Shown here one piece after another: positions 1 through 16,990 of a DNA stretch of 64,000 nucleotides. Origin of the DNA: the human T2T-CHM13v2.0 reference genome, Homo sapiens; assembly GCF_009914755.1 (NCBI RefSeq), contig NC_060948.1; one strand, written 5' to 3'. The number at the start of each line of letters is the position of its first letter. Positions within the stretch are counted from its first letter, which is position 1. Under the pieces are notes generated by a model that was given only the letters and a program-made list of their open reading frames with translations, did no database searches and was not told the DNA's origin. The position numbers and the translations under genes were made by a program.

Positions 1-60
1 TTCACCTTGTGATCCCCTTGACTTGGCCTCCAAATTTGCTGGGATTACAGGCCTGAGCCA
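1..60 (-). mobile_element. Partial Alu (5' part of left arm), cut by the window edge
   Basis: 'gctgggattacaggcctgagcca' matches the antisense Alu 5' end. Confidence 0.85.
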
Positions 61-630
61 AGATCCATATTTTTTAAATGAAAAAAAATTTCAAAGGTAC
101 TCTGCTTGGTACAATAATCAAATGTATAAACTGAGGAATAAAACATAACCATGAAACCTACTTATAACTGCATATGGAAAATACAGAGGATAATTTTTTA
201 AATAACATATTTTGAAAGCCTTAACTAGTAATTTGAAGAGTTGGCATTTGTAAGGCCAGTATGAATATACCTTCAAAGCAGCAACACAGGTTCCCCATGA
301 GAAAAAGCAAACTCAGGGAAAATAAAACCACAAAGGTTCAATCTCTTCTGACCTTTGAAAGACACAGCACAGACAGTGGTCCTTAGGACGAAGAGCAGGA
401 GACCCCTAATTCCGTCACCATGGCGATAGGGCATAAACATTGCTGGGTGAGGGCACAATCCACATTGTGAGGTCCAACTGCTGCCAGGAAGACAGGAGTG
501 CTTTTACATAGACCGAAAGGTCATTGAAGGCTCAGAGTTTTGTTTCAAGAACTGAATCCCAAGCCCACACGTTATTAGGCTGCGCTTCTTAAAACAAGTT
601 ATGAGATGGGAAAAAGGGCACCCACAAACA
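61..630. repeat. HSATI-like subunit of DYZ2 (U1; same offsets in every unit)
   Basis: Non-Alu, more GC-rich segment of ~570 bp between the Alu 5' end and the AT-rich block. The name comes from known DYZ2 architecture; boundaries are approximate. Confidence 0.75.
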
Positions 631-2188
631 TACGTATACATTATGTATATAATAATATACAGTATCATATATAAAATATGTATAACCTATGTATAATATT
701 GTTTTACATCCTGCATCTTATATTATATATATTGTATAAAATATAATAATTGATAATATATCAGTTTTATATTTATACAATATGACATATAGTATATATT
801 ATAATTTATGACATATATAATATATGTTATATATCATATATAGAATATATTATACGGTTAATATACGTATTAAATATAAATTATACATTATATATATTAT
901 ATAAAGCATATCTGTTATATATAATACCCATTATGCATAATATATATATTATGTCTATGTTATATATAGTATAAAACAACATATAATAATATATAATTGT
1001 ATATATAAAATGCGACATATAATATATATTATATTTTATGACATATGTAATATATATTATATATTATATATAATACGTTGTATGTATAATACCTATATTA
1101 AATATATATTATATGACTATGTTATTAATTACATGTCACATATGTTATATATTATATATTTTACATAGAATATACCGGTTACATACAATATATACTATGT
1201 TACCTATAATGTATAATTGATTACATGTAAAATAAAGAATGCAATATATTATGTATAATTTATAATATACAATATGTGGAATGTGATATATATAACATAT
1301 AATATATGATATATGATATACAGTATATGATATATAACATACAATATATGATACCTAATATATATGGTATACAATATATATTTTATGATATGTATTCTAT
1401 ATGTTTTATATTCTGTTATATATAACTATTTGAAATTATATATAACTGTATAATATTTTATGTAAATATGTAATATAATATATATAACTATATAATATAT
1501 TATATATAACTATATATTATGTTATATATACTTTTATAACATAATTTACATAAAATGTCATAATATAATATATATTATATTATTTCACATTACATAATAT
1601 ATATTACATATCACCCAATATAAGTAACATACATAATATTATAATATAGATTATATTATGTTATATTAAATATCATATATATCATGTATCATATATTCTA
1701 TAATATATATTACACATTATATAATATGTATGTTGTCTATTTTGTGATATATAAAACTATATATATAATTATATTATTATACATATAACTAGATAAACAT
1801 GTAATTATACGTATTTTCATTTGTAATATATAGAATTATATAATCATATATAATTATTTATATTCTATAAAAAATTATATCATTATATAAATTATAATAT
1901 AAAAAAATTATAATATGTACTACAAATATATATATTATATATCATATATGATATAGTACCTTTGTTATATATCATAATACATATAAATGTGTATTATGTT
2001 ATCTATAATTATATAATTTCATATGTAAGATGTATAATATGTATTATATATTCTCTATGTTATGTAATATATATAGTATATGTAAGCTGACACAGGATAA
2101 ATATTATATACTATGACATATAAAATATATGAGGTTATATGTTACATATAAGGCATAGCACATAACATGTAATATATATCATATATAA
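631..2188. repeat. AT-rich low-complexity subunit of DYZ2 (U1; same offsets in every unit)
   Basis: ~1.55 kb of degenerate (TA)n/TATAA/TATAT-type sequence, nearly identical between units. Confidence 0.9.
1264..1363 (+). repeat. Degenerate 7-bp tandem repeat (RATATAT) within the AT-rich subunit
   Basis: 1294-1363 parses as aacatat aatatat gatatat gatatac agtatat gatatat aacatac aatatat gatacct aatatat; four looser heptamers lie at 1264-1291. Confidence 0.7.
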
Positions 2189-2480
<292 letters not shown>

Positions 2481-4585
2481 AGATCCATATTTTTTAAATG
2501 AAAAAAAATTTCAAAGGTACTCTGCTTGGTACAATAATCAAATGTATAAACTGAGGAATAAAACATAACCATGAAACCTACTTATAACTGCATATGGAAA
2601 ATACAGAGGATAATTTTTTAAATAACATATTTTGAAAGCCTTAACTAGTAATTTGAAGAGTTGGCATTTGAAAGGCCAGTATGAATATACCTTCAAAGCA
2701 GCAACACAGGTTCCCCATGAGAAAAGGTAAACTCAGGGAAAATAAAACCACAAAGGTTCAATCTCTTCTGACCTTTGAAAGACACAGCACAGACAGTGGT
2801 CCTTAGGACGAAGAGCAGGAGACCCCTAATTCCGTCACCATGGCGATAGGGCATAAACATTGCTGGGTGAGGGCACAATAAACATTGAGAGGTCCAACTG
2901 CTGCCAGGAAGACAGGAGTGCTTTTACAAAGACCGAAAGGTCATTGAAGGCTCAGAGTTTTGTTTCAAGAACTGAATCCCAAGCCCACACGTTATTAGGC
3001 TGCGCTTCTTAAAACAAGTTATGAGATGGGAAAAAGGGCACCCACAAACATACGTATACATTATGTATATAATAATATACAGTATCATATATATAATATA
3101 TATAACCTATGTATAATATTGTTTTACATCCTGCATCTTATATTATATATATTGTATAAAATATAATAATTCATAATACATAACGTTTATATTTATAAAA
3201 TATGACATATAGTATATATTATAATTTATGACATATATAATATATGTTATATATCATATATAGAATATATTATACGGTTAAAATACGTATTAAATGTAAA
3301 TTATACATTATATATATTATATAAAATATATCTGTTATATATAATACCCTTTATGCATAATATATATATTATGTCTATGTTATATATAGTATAAAACAAC
3401 ATATAATAATATATAATTGTATATATAAAATGCGACATATAATATATATTATATTTTATGACATATGTAATATATATTATATATTATATATAATACGTTG
3501 TATGTATAATACCTATATTAAATATATATTATATGACTATGTTATTAATTACATGTCACATATGTTATATATTATATATTTTACATAGAATATACCGGTT
3601 ACATACAATATATACTATGTTACCTATAATATATAATTGATTACATGTAAAATAAAGAATGCAATATATTATGTATAATTTATAATATACAATATGTGGA
3701 ATGTGATATATATAACATATAATATATGATATATGATATACAGTATATGATATATAACACACAATATATGATACCTAATATATATGGTATACAATATATA
3801 TTTTATGATATGTATTCTATATGATTTATATTCTGTTATATATAACTATTTGAAATTATATATAACTGTATAATATTTTATGTAAATATGTAATATAATA
3901 TATATAACTATATAATATATTATATATAACTATATATTATGTTATATATACTTTTATAACATAATTTACATTAAATATCATAATATAATATATATTATAT
4001 TATTTCACATTACATAATATATATTACATATCACCCAATATAAGTAGCATACATAATATTATAATATAGGTTATATTATGTTATATTAAATATCATATAT
4101 ATCATGTATCTTATATTCTATAATATATATTACACATTATATAATATGTATGTTGTCTATTATGTGATATATATAACTATATATATAATTATATTATTAT
4201 ACATATAACTAGATAAACATGAAATTATAAATATTTTCATTTATAATATATAGAATTATATAATCATATATAATTATTTATATTCTATAAAAAATTATAT
4301 CATTATATAAATTATAATATATAAAAATTATAATATGTACTACAAATATATATATTATATATCATATATGATATAGTACCTTTGTTATATATCATAATAC
4401 ATATAAATGTGTATTATGTTATCTACAATTATATAATTTCATATATAAGATATATAATATGTATTATATATTGTATATGTTATGTAATATATATAGTATA
4501 TATAAGCTGACACAGGATAAATATTACATACTATGACATATAAAATATATGAGGTTATATGTTACATATAAGGCATAGCACATAA

Positions 4586-4900
<315 letters not shown>

Positions 4901-6998
4901 AGATCCATATTTTGTAAATGAAAAACAATTTCAAAGGTACTCTGCTTGGTACAATAATCAAATGTATAAACTGAGGAATGAAACATAACCATGAAACCTA
5001 CTTATAACTGCATATGGAAAATACAGAGGATAATTTTTTAAATAACATATTTTGAAAGCCTTAACTAGTAATTTGAAGAGTTGGCATTTGAAAGGCCAGT
5101 ATGAATATACCTTCAAAGCAGCAACACAGGTTCCCCATGAGAAAAAGCAAACTCAGGGAAAATAAAACCACAAAGGTTCAATCTCTTCTGACCTTTGAAA
5201 GACACAGCACAGACAGTGGTCCTCAGGACGAAGAGCAGGAGACCCCTAATTCCGTCACCATGGCGATAGGGCATAAACATTGCTGGGTGAGGGCACAATC
5301 CACATTGTGAGGTCCAACTGCTGCCAGGAAGTCAGGACTGCTTTTACATAGACCGAAAGGTCATTGAAGGCTCAGAGTTTTGTTTCAAGAACTGAATCCC
5401 AAGCCCACATGTTAATAGGCTGCGCTTCTTAAAACAAGTTATGAGATGGGAAAAAGGGCACCCACAAACATACGTATACATTATGTATATAATAATATAC
5501 AGTATCATGTATATAATATATATAACCTATGTATAATATTGTTTTACATCCTGCATCTTATATTATATATATTGTATAAAATATAATAATTGATAATATA
5601 TAAGTTTTATATTTATACAATATGACATATAGTATATATTATAATTTCTGACATATATAATATATGTTATATATCATATATAGAATATATTATACGGTTA
5701 ATATACGTATTAAATATAAATTATACATTATATATATTATATATAATATATCTGTTATATATAATACCCATTATGCATAATATATATATTATGTCTATGT
5801 TATATATAGTATAAAACAACATATAATAATATATAATTGTATATATAAAATGCGACATATAATATATATTTTATTTTATGACATATGTAATATATATTAT
5901 ATATTATATATAATACGTTGTATGTATAATACCTATATTAAATATATATTATATGACTATGTTATTAATTACATGTCACATATGTTATATATTATATATT
6001 TTACATAGAATATACCGGTTACATACAATTTATACTATGTTACCTATAATGTATAATTGATTACATGTAAAATAAAGAATGCAATATATTATGTATAATT
6101 TATAATATACAATATGTGGAATGTGATATATATAACATATAATATATGATATATGATATACAGTATATGATATATAACATACAATATATGATACCTAATA
6201 TATATGGTATACAATATATATTTTATGATATGTATTCTATATGTTTTATATTCTGTTATATATAACTATTTGAAATTATATATAACTGTATATTTTATGT
6301 AAATATGTAATATAATATATATAACTATATAATATATTATATATAACTATATATTGTTATATATACTTTTATAACATAATTTACATAAAATGTCATAATA
6401 TAATATATATTATATTATTTCACATTACATAATATATATTACATATCACCCAATATAAGTAACATACATAATATTATAATATAGATTATATTATATTATA
6501 TTAAATATCATATATATCATGTATCATATATTCTATAATATATATTACACATTATATAATATGTATGTTGTCTATTATGTGATATATATAACTATATATA
6601 ATTATATTATTATACATATAACTAGATAAACATGTAATTCTACATATTTTCATTTATAATATATAGAATTATATAATCATATATAATTATTTATATTCTA
6701 TAAAAAATTATATCTTTATATAATTTATAATATAAAAAAATTATAATATGTACTACAAATATATATATTATATATCATATATGATATAGTACCTTTGTTA
6801 TATATCATAATACATATAAATGTGTATTATGTTATCTATAATTATATAATTTCATATATAAGATGTATAATATGTATTATATATTGTCTATGTTATGTAA
6901 TATATATAGTATATGTAAGCTGACACAGGATAAATATTATATACTATGACATATAAAATATATGAGGTTATATGTTACATATAAGGCATAGCACATAA

Positions 6999-7313
<315 letters not shown>

Positions 7314-9441
7314 AGATCCATATTTTTTAAATGAAAAAAAATTTCAAAGGTACTCTGCTTGGTACAATAATCAAATGTATAAACTGAGGAATAAAACATA
7401 ACCATGAAACCTACTTATAACTGCATATGGAAAATACAGAGGATAATTTTTTAAATAACATATTTTGAAAGCCTTAACTAGTAATTTGAAGAGTTGGCAT
7501 TTGAAAGGCAAGTATGAATATACCTTCAAAGCAGCAACACAGGTTCCCCATGAGAAACAGCAAACTCAGGGAAAATAAAACCACAAAGGTTCAAGCTCTT
7601 CTGACCTTTGAAAGACACAGCACAGACAGTGGTCCTTAGGACGAAGAGCAGGAGACCCCTAATTCCGTCACCATGGCGATAGGGCATAAACATTGCTGGG
7701 TGAGGGCACAATCCACATTGTGAGGTCCAACTGCTGCCAGGAAGACAGGAGTGCTTTTACATAGACCGAAAGGTCATTGAAGGCTCAGAGTTTTGTTTCA
7801 AGAACTGAATCCCAAGCCCACACGTTATTAGGCTGCGCTTCTTAAAACAAGTTATGAGATGGGAAAAAGGGCACCCACAAACATACGTATACATTATGTA
7901 TATAATAATATACAGTATCATATATATAATATATATAACCTATGTATAATATTGTTTTACATCCTGCATCTTATATAATATATATTGTCTAAAATATAAT
8001 AATTGATAATATATAAGTTTTATATTTATACAATATGACATATAGTATATATTATAATTTATGACATATATAATATATGTTATATATCATATATAGAATA
8101 TATTATACGGTTAATATACGTATTAAATATAAATTATACATTATATATATTATATATAATATATCTGTTATATATAATACCTATTATGCATAATATGTAT
8201 ATTATGTCTATGTTATATATAGTATAAAAAAACATATAATAATATATAATTGTATATATAAAATGCGACATATAATATATATTATATTTTATGACATATG
8301 TAATATATATTATATATTATATATAATACGTTGTATGTATAATACCTATATTAAATATATATTATATGACTATGTTATTAATTACATGTCACATGTGTTA
8401 TATATTATATATTTTACATAGAATATACCGGTTACATACAATATATACTATGTTACCTATAATGTATAATTGATTACATGTAAAATAAAGAATGCAATAT
8501 ATTATGTATAATTTATAATATACAATATGTGGAATGTGATATATATAACATATAATATATGATATATGATATACAGTATATGATATATAACATACAATAT
8601 ATGATACCTAATATATATGGTATACAATATATATTTTATGATATGTATTCTATATGTTTTATATTCTGTTATATATAACTATTTGAAATTATATATAACT
8701 GTATAATATTTTATGTAAATATGTAATATAATATATATAACTATATAATATATTATATATAACTATATATTATGTTATATATACTTTTATAACATAATTT
8801 ACATAAAATGTCATAATATAATATATATTATATTATTTCACATTACATAATATATATTACATATCACCCAATATAAGTAACATACATAATATTATAATAT
8901 AGATTATATTATGTTATATTAAATATCATATATATCATGTATCATATATTCTATAATATATATTACACATTATATAATATGTATGTTGTCTAGTTTGTGA
9001 TATATAAAACTATATATATAATTATATTATTATACATATAACTAGATAAACATGTAATTATACATATTTTCATTTGTAATATATAGAATTATATAATCAT
9101 ATATAATTATTTATATTCTATAAAAAATTATATCATTATATAAATTATAATATAAAAAAATTATAATATGTACTACAAATATATATATTATATATCATAT
9201 ATGATATAGTACCTTTGTTATATATCATAATACATATAAATGTGTATTATGTTATCTATAATTATATAATTTCATATGTAAGATGTATAATATGTATTAT
9301 ATATTCTCTATGTTATGTAATATATATAGTATATGTAAGCTGACACAGGATAAATATTATATACTATGACATATAAAATATATGAGGTTATATGTTACAT
9401 ATAAGGCATAGCACATAACATGTAATATATATCATATATAA

Positions 9442-9733
<292 letters not shown>

Positions 9734-11838
9734 AGATCCATATTTTTTAAATGAAAAAAAATTTCAAAGGTACTCTGCTTGGTACAATAATCAAATGTAT
9801 AAACTGAGGAATAAAACATAACCATGAAACCTACTTATAACTGCATATGGAAAATACAGAGGATAATTTTTTAAATAACATATTTTGAAAGCCTTAACTA
9901 GTAATTTGAAGAGTTGGCATTTGAAAGGCCAGTATGAATATACCTTCAAAGCAGCAACACAGGTTCCCCATGAGAAAAGGTAAACTCAGGGAAAATAAAA
10001 CCACAAAGGTTCAATCTCTTCTGACCTTTGAAAGACACAGCACAGACAGTGGTCCTTAGGACGAAGAGCAGGAGACCCCTAATTCCGTCACCATGGCGAT
10101 AGGGCATAAACATTGCTGGGTGAGGGCACAATCCACATTGAGAGGTCCAACTGCTGCCAGGAAGACAGGAGTGCTTTTACAAAGACCGAAAGGTCATTGA
10201 AGGCTCAGAGTTTTGTTTCAAGAACTGAATCCCAAGCCCACACGTTATTAGGCTGCGCTTCTTAAAACAAGTTATGAGATGGGAAAAAGGGCACCCACAA
10301 ACATACGTATACATTATGTATATAATAATATACAGTATCATATATATAATATATATAACCTATGTATAATATTGTTTTACATCCTGCATCTTATATTATA
10401 TATATTGTATAAAATATAATAATTCATAATACATAACGTTTATATTTATAAAATATGACATATAGTATATATTATAATTTATGACATATATAATATATGT
10501 TATATATCATATATAGAATATATTATACGGTTAAAATACGTATTAAATATAAATTATACATTATATATATTATATAAAATATATCTGTTATATATAATAC
10601 TCTTTATGCATAATATATATATTATGTCTATGTTATATATAGTATAAAACAACATATAATAATATATAATTGTATATATAAAATGCGACATATAATATAT
10701 ATTATATTTTATGACATATGTAATATATATTATATATTATATATAATACGTTGTATGTATAATACCTATATTAAATATATATTATATGACTATGTTATTA
10801 ATTACATGTCACATATGTTATATATTATATATTTTACATAGAATATACCGGTTACATACAATATATACTATGTTACCTATAATGTATAATTGATTACATG
10901 TAAAATAAAGAATGCAATATATTATGTATAATTTATAATATACAATATGTGGAATGTGATATATATAACATATAATATATGATATATGATATACAGTATA
11001 TGATATATAACATACAATATATGATACCTAATATATATGGTATACAATATATATTTTATGATATGTATTCTATATGATTTATATTCTGTTATATATAACT
11101 ATTTGAAATTATATATAACTGTATAATATTTTATGTAAATATGTAATATAATATATATAACTATATAATATATTATATATAACTATATATTATGTTATAT
11201 ATACTTTTATAACATAATTTACATTAAATATCATAATATAATATATATTATATTATTTCACATTACATAATATATATTACATATCACCCAATATAAGTAG
11301 CATACATAATATTATAATATAGGTTATATTATGTTATATTAAATATCATATATATCATGTATCATATATTCTATACTATATATTACACATTATATAATAT
11401 GTATGTTGTCTATTATGTGATATATATAACTATATATATAATTATATTATTATACATATAACTAGATAAACATGAAATTATACATATTTTCATTTATAAT
11501 ATATAGAATTATATAATCATATATAATTATTTATATTCTATAAAAAATTATATCATTATATAAATTATAATATATAAAAATTATAATATGTACTACAAAT
11601 ATATATATTATATATCATATATGATATAGTACCTTTGTTATATATCATAATACATATAAATGTGTATTATGTTATCTACAATTATATAATTTCATATATA
11701 AGATATATAATATGTATTATATATTGTATATGTTATGTAATATATATAGTATATATAAGCTGACACAGGATAAATATTATATACTATGACATATAAAATA
11801 TATGAGGTTATATGTTACATATAAGGCATAGCAAATAA

Positions 11839-12153
<315 letters not shown>

Positions 12154-14281
12154 AGATCCATATTTTTTAAATGAAAAAAAATTTCAAAGGTACTCTGCTT
12201 GGTACAATAATCAAATGTATAAACTGAGGAATAAAACATAACCATGAAACCTACTTATAACTGCATATGGAAAATACAGAGGATAATTTTTTAAATAACA
12301 TATTTTGAAAGCCTTAACTAGTAATTTGAAGAGTTGGCATTTGAAAGGCCAGTATGAATATACCTTCAAAGCAGCAACACAGGTTCCCCATGAGAAACAG
12401 CAAACTCAGGGAAAATAAAACCACAAAGGTTCAAGCTCTTCTGACCTTTGAAAGACACAGCACAGACAGTGGTCCTTAGGACGAAGAGCAGGAGACCCCT
12501 AATTCCGTCACCATGGCGATAGGGCATAAACATTGCTGGGTGAGGGCACAATCCACATTGTGAGGTCCAACTGCTGCCAGGAAGACAGGAGTGCTTTTAC
12601 ATAGACCGAAAGGTCATTGAAGGCTCAGAGTTTTGTTTCAAGAACTGAATCCCAAGCCCACACGTTATTAGGCTGCGCTTCTTAAAACAAGTTATGAGAT
12701 GGGAAAAAGGGCACCCACAAACATACGTATACATTATGTATATAATAATATACAGTATCATATATATAATATATATAACCTATGTATAATATTGTTTTAC
12801 ATCCTGCATCTTATATAATATATATTGTCTAAAATATAATAATTGATAATATATAAGTTTTATATTTATACAATATGACATATAGTATATATTATAATTT
12901 ATGACATATATAATATATGTTATATATCATATATAGAATATATTATACGGTTAATATACGTATTAAATATAAATTATACATTATATATATTATATATAAT
13001 ATATCTGTTATATATAATACCTATTATGCATAATATGTATATTATGTCTATGTTATATATAGTATAAAAAAACATATAATAATATATAATTGTATATATA
13101 AAATGCGACATATAATATATATTATATTTTATGACATATGTAATATATATTATATATTATATATAATACGTTGTATGTATAATACCTATATTAAATATAT
13201 ATTATATGACTATGTTATTAATTACATGTCACATGTGTTATATATTATATATTTTACATAGAATATACCGGTTACATACAATATATACTATGTTACCTAT
13301 AATGTATAATTGATTACATGTAAAATAAAGAATGCAATATATTATGTATAATTTATAATATACAATATGTGGAATGTGATATATATAACATATAATATAT
13401 GATATATGATATACAGTATATGATATATAACATACAATATATGATACCTAATATATATGGTATACAATATATATTTTATGATATGTATTCTATATGTTTT
13501 ATATTCTGTTATATATAACTATTTGAAATTATATATAACTGTATAATATTTTATGTAAATATGTAATATAATATATATAACTATATAATATATTATATAT
13601 AACTATATATTATGTTATATATACTTTTATAACATAATTTACATAAAATGTCATAATATAATATATATTATATTATTTCACATTACATAATATATATTAC
13701 ATATCACCCAATATAAGTAACATACATAATATTATAATATAGATTATATTATGTTATATTAAATATCATATATATCATGTATCATATATTCTATAATATA
13801 TATTACACATTATATAATATATATGTTGTCTATTTTGTGATATATAAAACTATATATATAATTATATTATTATACATATAACTAGATAAACATGTAATTA
13901 TACATATTTTCATTTGTAATATATAGAATTATATAATCATATATAATTATTTATATTCTATAAAAAATTATATCATTATATAAATTATAATATAAAAAAA
14001 TTATAATATGTACTACAAATATATATATTATATATCATATATGATATAGTACCTTTGTTATATATCATAATACATATAAATGTGTATTATGTTATCTATA
14101 ATTATATAATTTCATATGTAAGATGTATAATATATATTATATATTCTCTATGTTATGTAATATATATAGTATATGTAAGCTGACACAGGATAAATATTAT
14201 ATACTATGACATATAAAATATATGAGGTTATATGTTACATATAAGGCATAGCACATAACATGTAATATATATCATATATAA

Positions 14282-14573
<292 letters not shown>

Positions 14574-16675
14574 AGATCCATATTTTTTAAATGAAAAAAA
14601 ATTTCAAAGGTACTCTGCTTGGTACAATAATCAAATATATAAACTGAGGAATAAAACATAACCATGAAACCTACTTATAACTGCATATGGAAAATACAGA
14701 GGATAATTTTTTAAATAACATATTTTGAAAGCCTTAACTAGTAATTTGAAGAGTTGGCATTTGAAAGGCCAGTATGAATATACCTTCAAAGCAGCAACAC
14801 AGGTTCCCCATGAGAAAAGGTAAACTCAGGGAAAATAAAACCACAAAGGTTCAATCTCTTCTGACCTTTGAAAGACACAGCACAGACAGTGGTCCTTAGG
14901 ACGAAGAGCAGGAGACCCCTAATTCCGTCACCATGGCGATAGGGCATAAACATTGCTGGGTGAGGGCACAATCCACATTGAGAGGTCCAACTGCTGCCAG
15001 GAAGACAGGAGTGCTTTTACAAAGACCGAAAGGTCATTGAAGGCTCAGAGTTTTGTTTCAAGAACTGAATCCCAAGCCCACACGTTATTAGGCTGCGCTT
15101 CTTAAAACAAGTTATGAGATGGGAAAAAGGGCACCCACAAACATACGTATACATTATGTATATAATAATATACAGTATCATATATATAATATATATAACC
15201 TATGTATAATATTGTTTTACATCCTGCATCTTATATTATATATATTGTATAAAATATAATAATTCATAATACATAACGTTTATATTTATAAAATATGACA
15301 TATAGTATATATTATAATTTATGACATATATAATATATGTTATATATCATATATAGAATATATTATACGGTTAAAATACGTATTAAATATAAATTATACA
15401 TTATATATATTATATAAAATATATCTGTTATATATAATACACTTTATGCATAATATATATATTATGTCTATGATATATAGTATAAAACAACATATAATAA
15501 TATATAATTGTATATATAAAATGCGACATATAATATATATTATATTTTATGACATATGTAATATATATTATATATTATATATAATACGTTGTATGTATAA
15601 TACCTATATTAAATATATATTATATGACTATGTTATTAATTACATGTCACATATGTTATATATTATATATTTTACATAGAATATACCGGTTACATACAAT
15701 ATATACTATGTTACCTATAATGTATAATTGATTACATGTAAAATAAAGAATGCAATATATTATGTATAATTTATAATATACAATATGTGGAATGTGATAT
15801 ATATAACATATAATATATGATATATGATATACAGTATATGATATATAACACACAATATATGATACCTAATATATATGGTATACAATATATATTTTATGAT
15901 ATGTATTCTATATGATTTATATTCTGTTATATATAACTATTTGAAATTATATATAACTGTATAATATTTTATGTAAATATGTAATATAATATATATAACT
16001 ATATAATATATTATATATAACTATATATTATGTTATATATACTTTTATAACATAATTTACATTAAATATCATAATATAATATATATTATATTATTTCACT
16101 TTACATAATATATATTACATATCACCCAATATAAGTAGCATACATAATATTATAATATAGGTTATATTATGTTATATTAAATATCATATATATCATGTAT
16201 CATATATTCTATAATATATATTACACATTATATAATATGTATGTTGTCTATTATGTGATATATATAACTATATATATAATTATATTATTATACATATAAC
16301 TAGATAAACATGAAATTATACATATTTTCATTTATAATATATAGAATTATATAATCATATATAATTATTTATATTCTATAAATATTATATCATTATATAA
16401 ATTATAATATATAAAAATTATAATATGTACTACAAATATATATATTATATATCATATATGATATAGTACCTTTGTTATATATCATAATACATATAAATGT
16501 GTATTATGTTATCTACAATTATATAATTTCATATATAAGATATATAATATGTATTATATATTGTATATGTTATGTAATATATATAGTATATATAAGCTGA
16601 CACAGGATAAATATTATATACTATGACATATAAAATATATGAGGTTATATGTTACATATAAGGCATAGCACATAA

Positions 16676-16990
<315 letters not shown>

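Noticed and set aside
137-326. AATAAA hexamers, and many TATA-like motifs in the AT block
   Set aside because: Expected by chance at this base composition, with no transcript context.
273-458. 61-aa minus-strand ORF open in all 27 units
   Set aside because: It starts at TTG, has no recognisable domain, and many unit variants change amino acids. Staying open is expected for near-identical copies and is not evidence of selection.
411-470. Strong Kozak-like context 'gtcaccATGg' in the HSATI part
   Set aside because: It opens only 16 codons, with no promoter or splice evidence. The 69-aa ORF at 5101 exists only because one copy lost a TAG stop.
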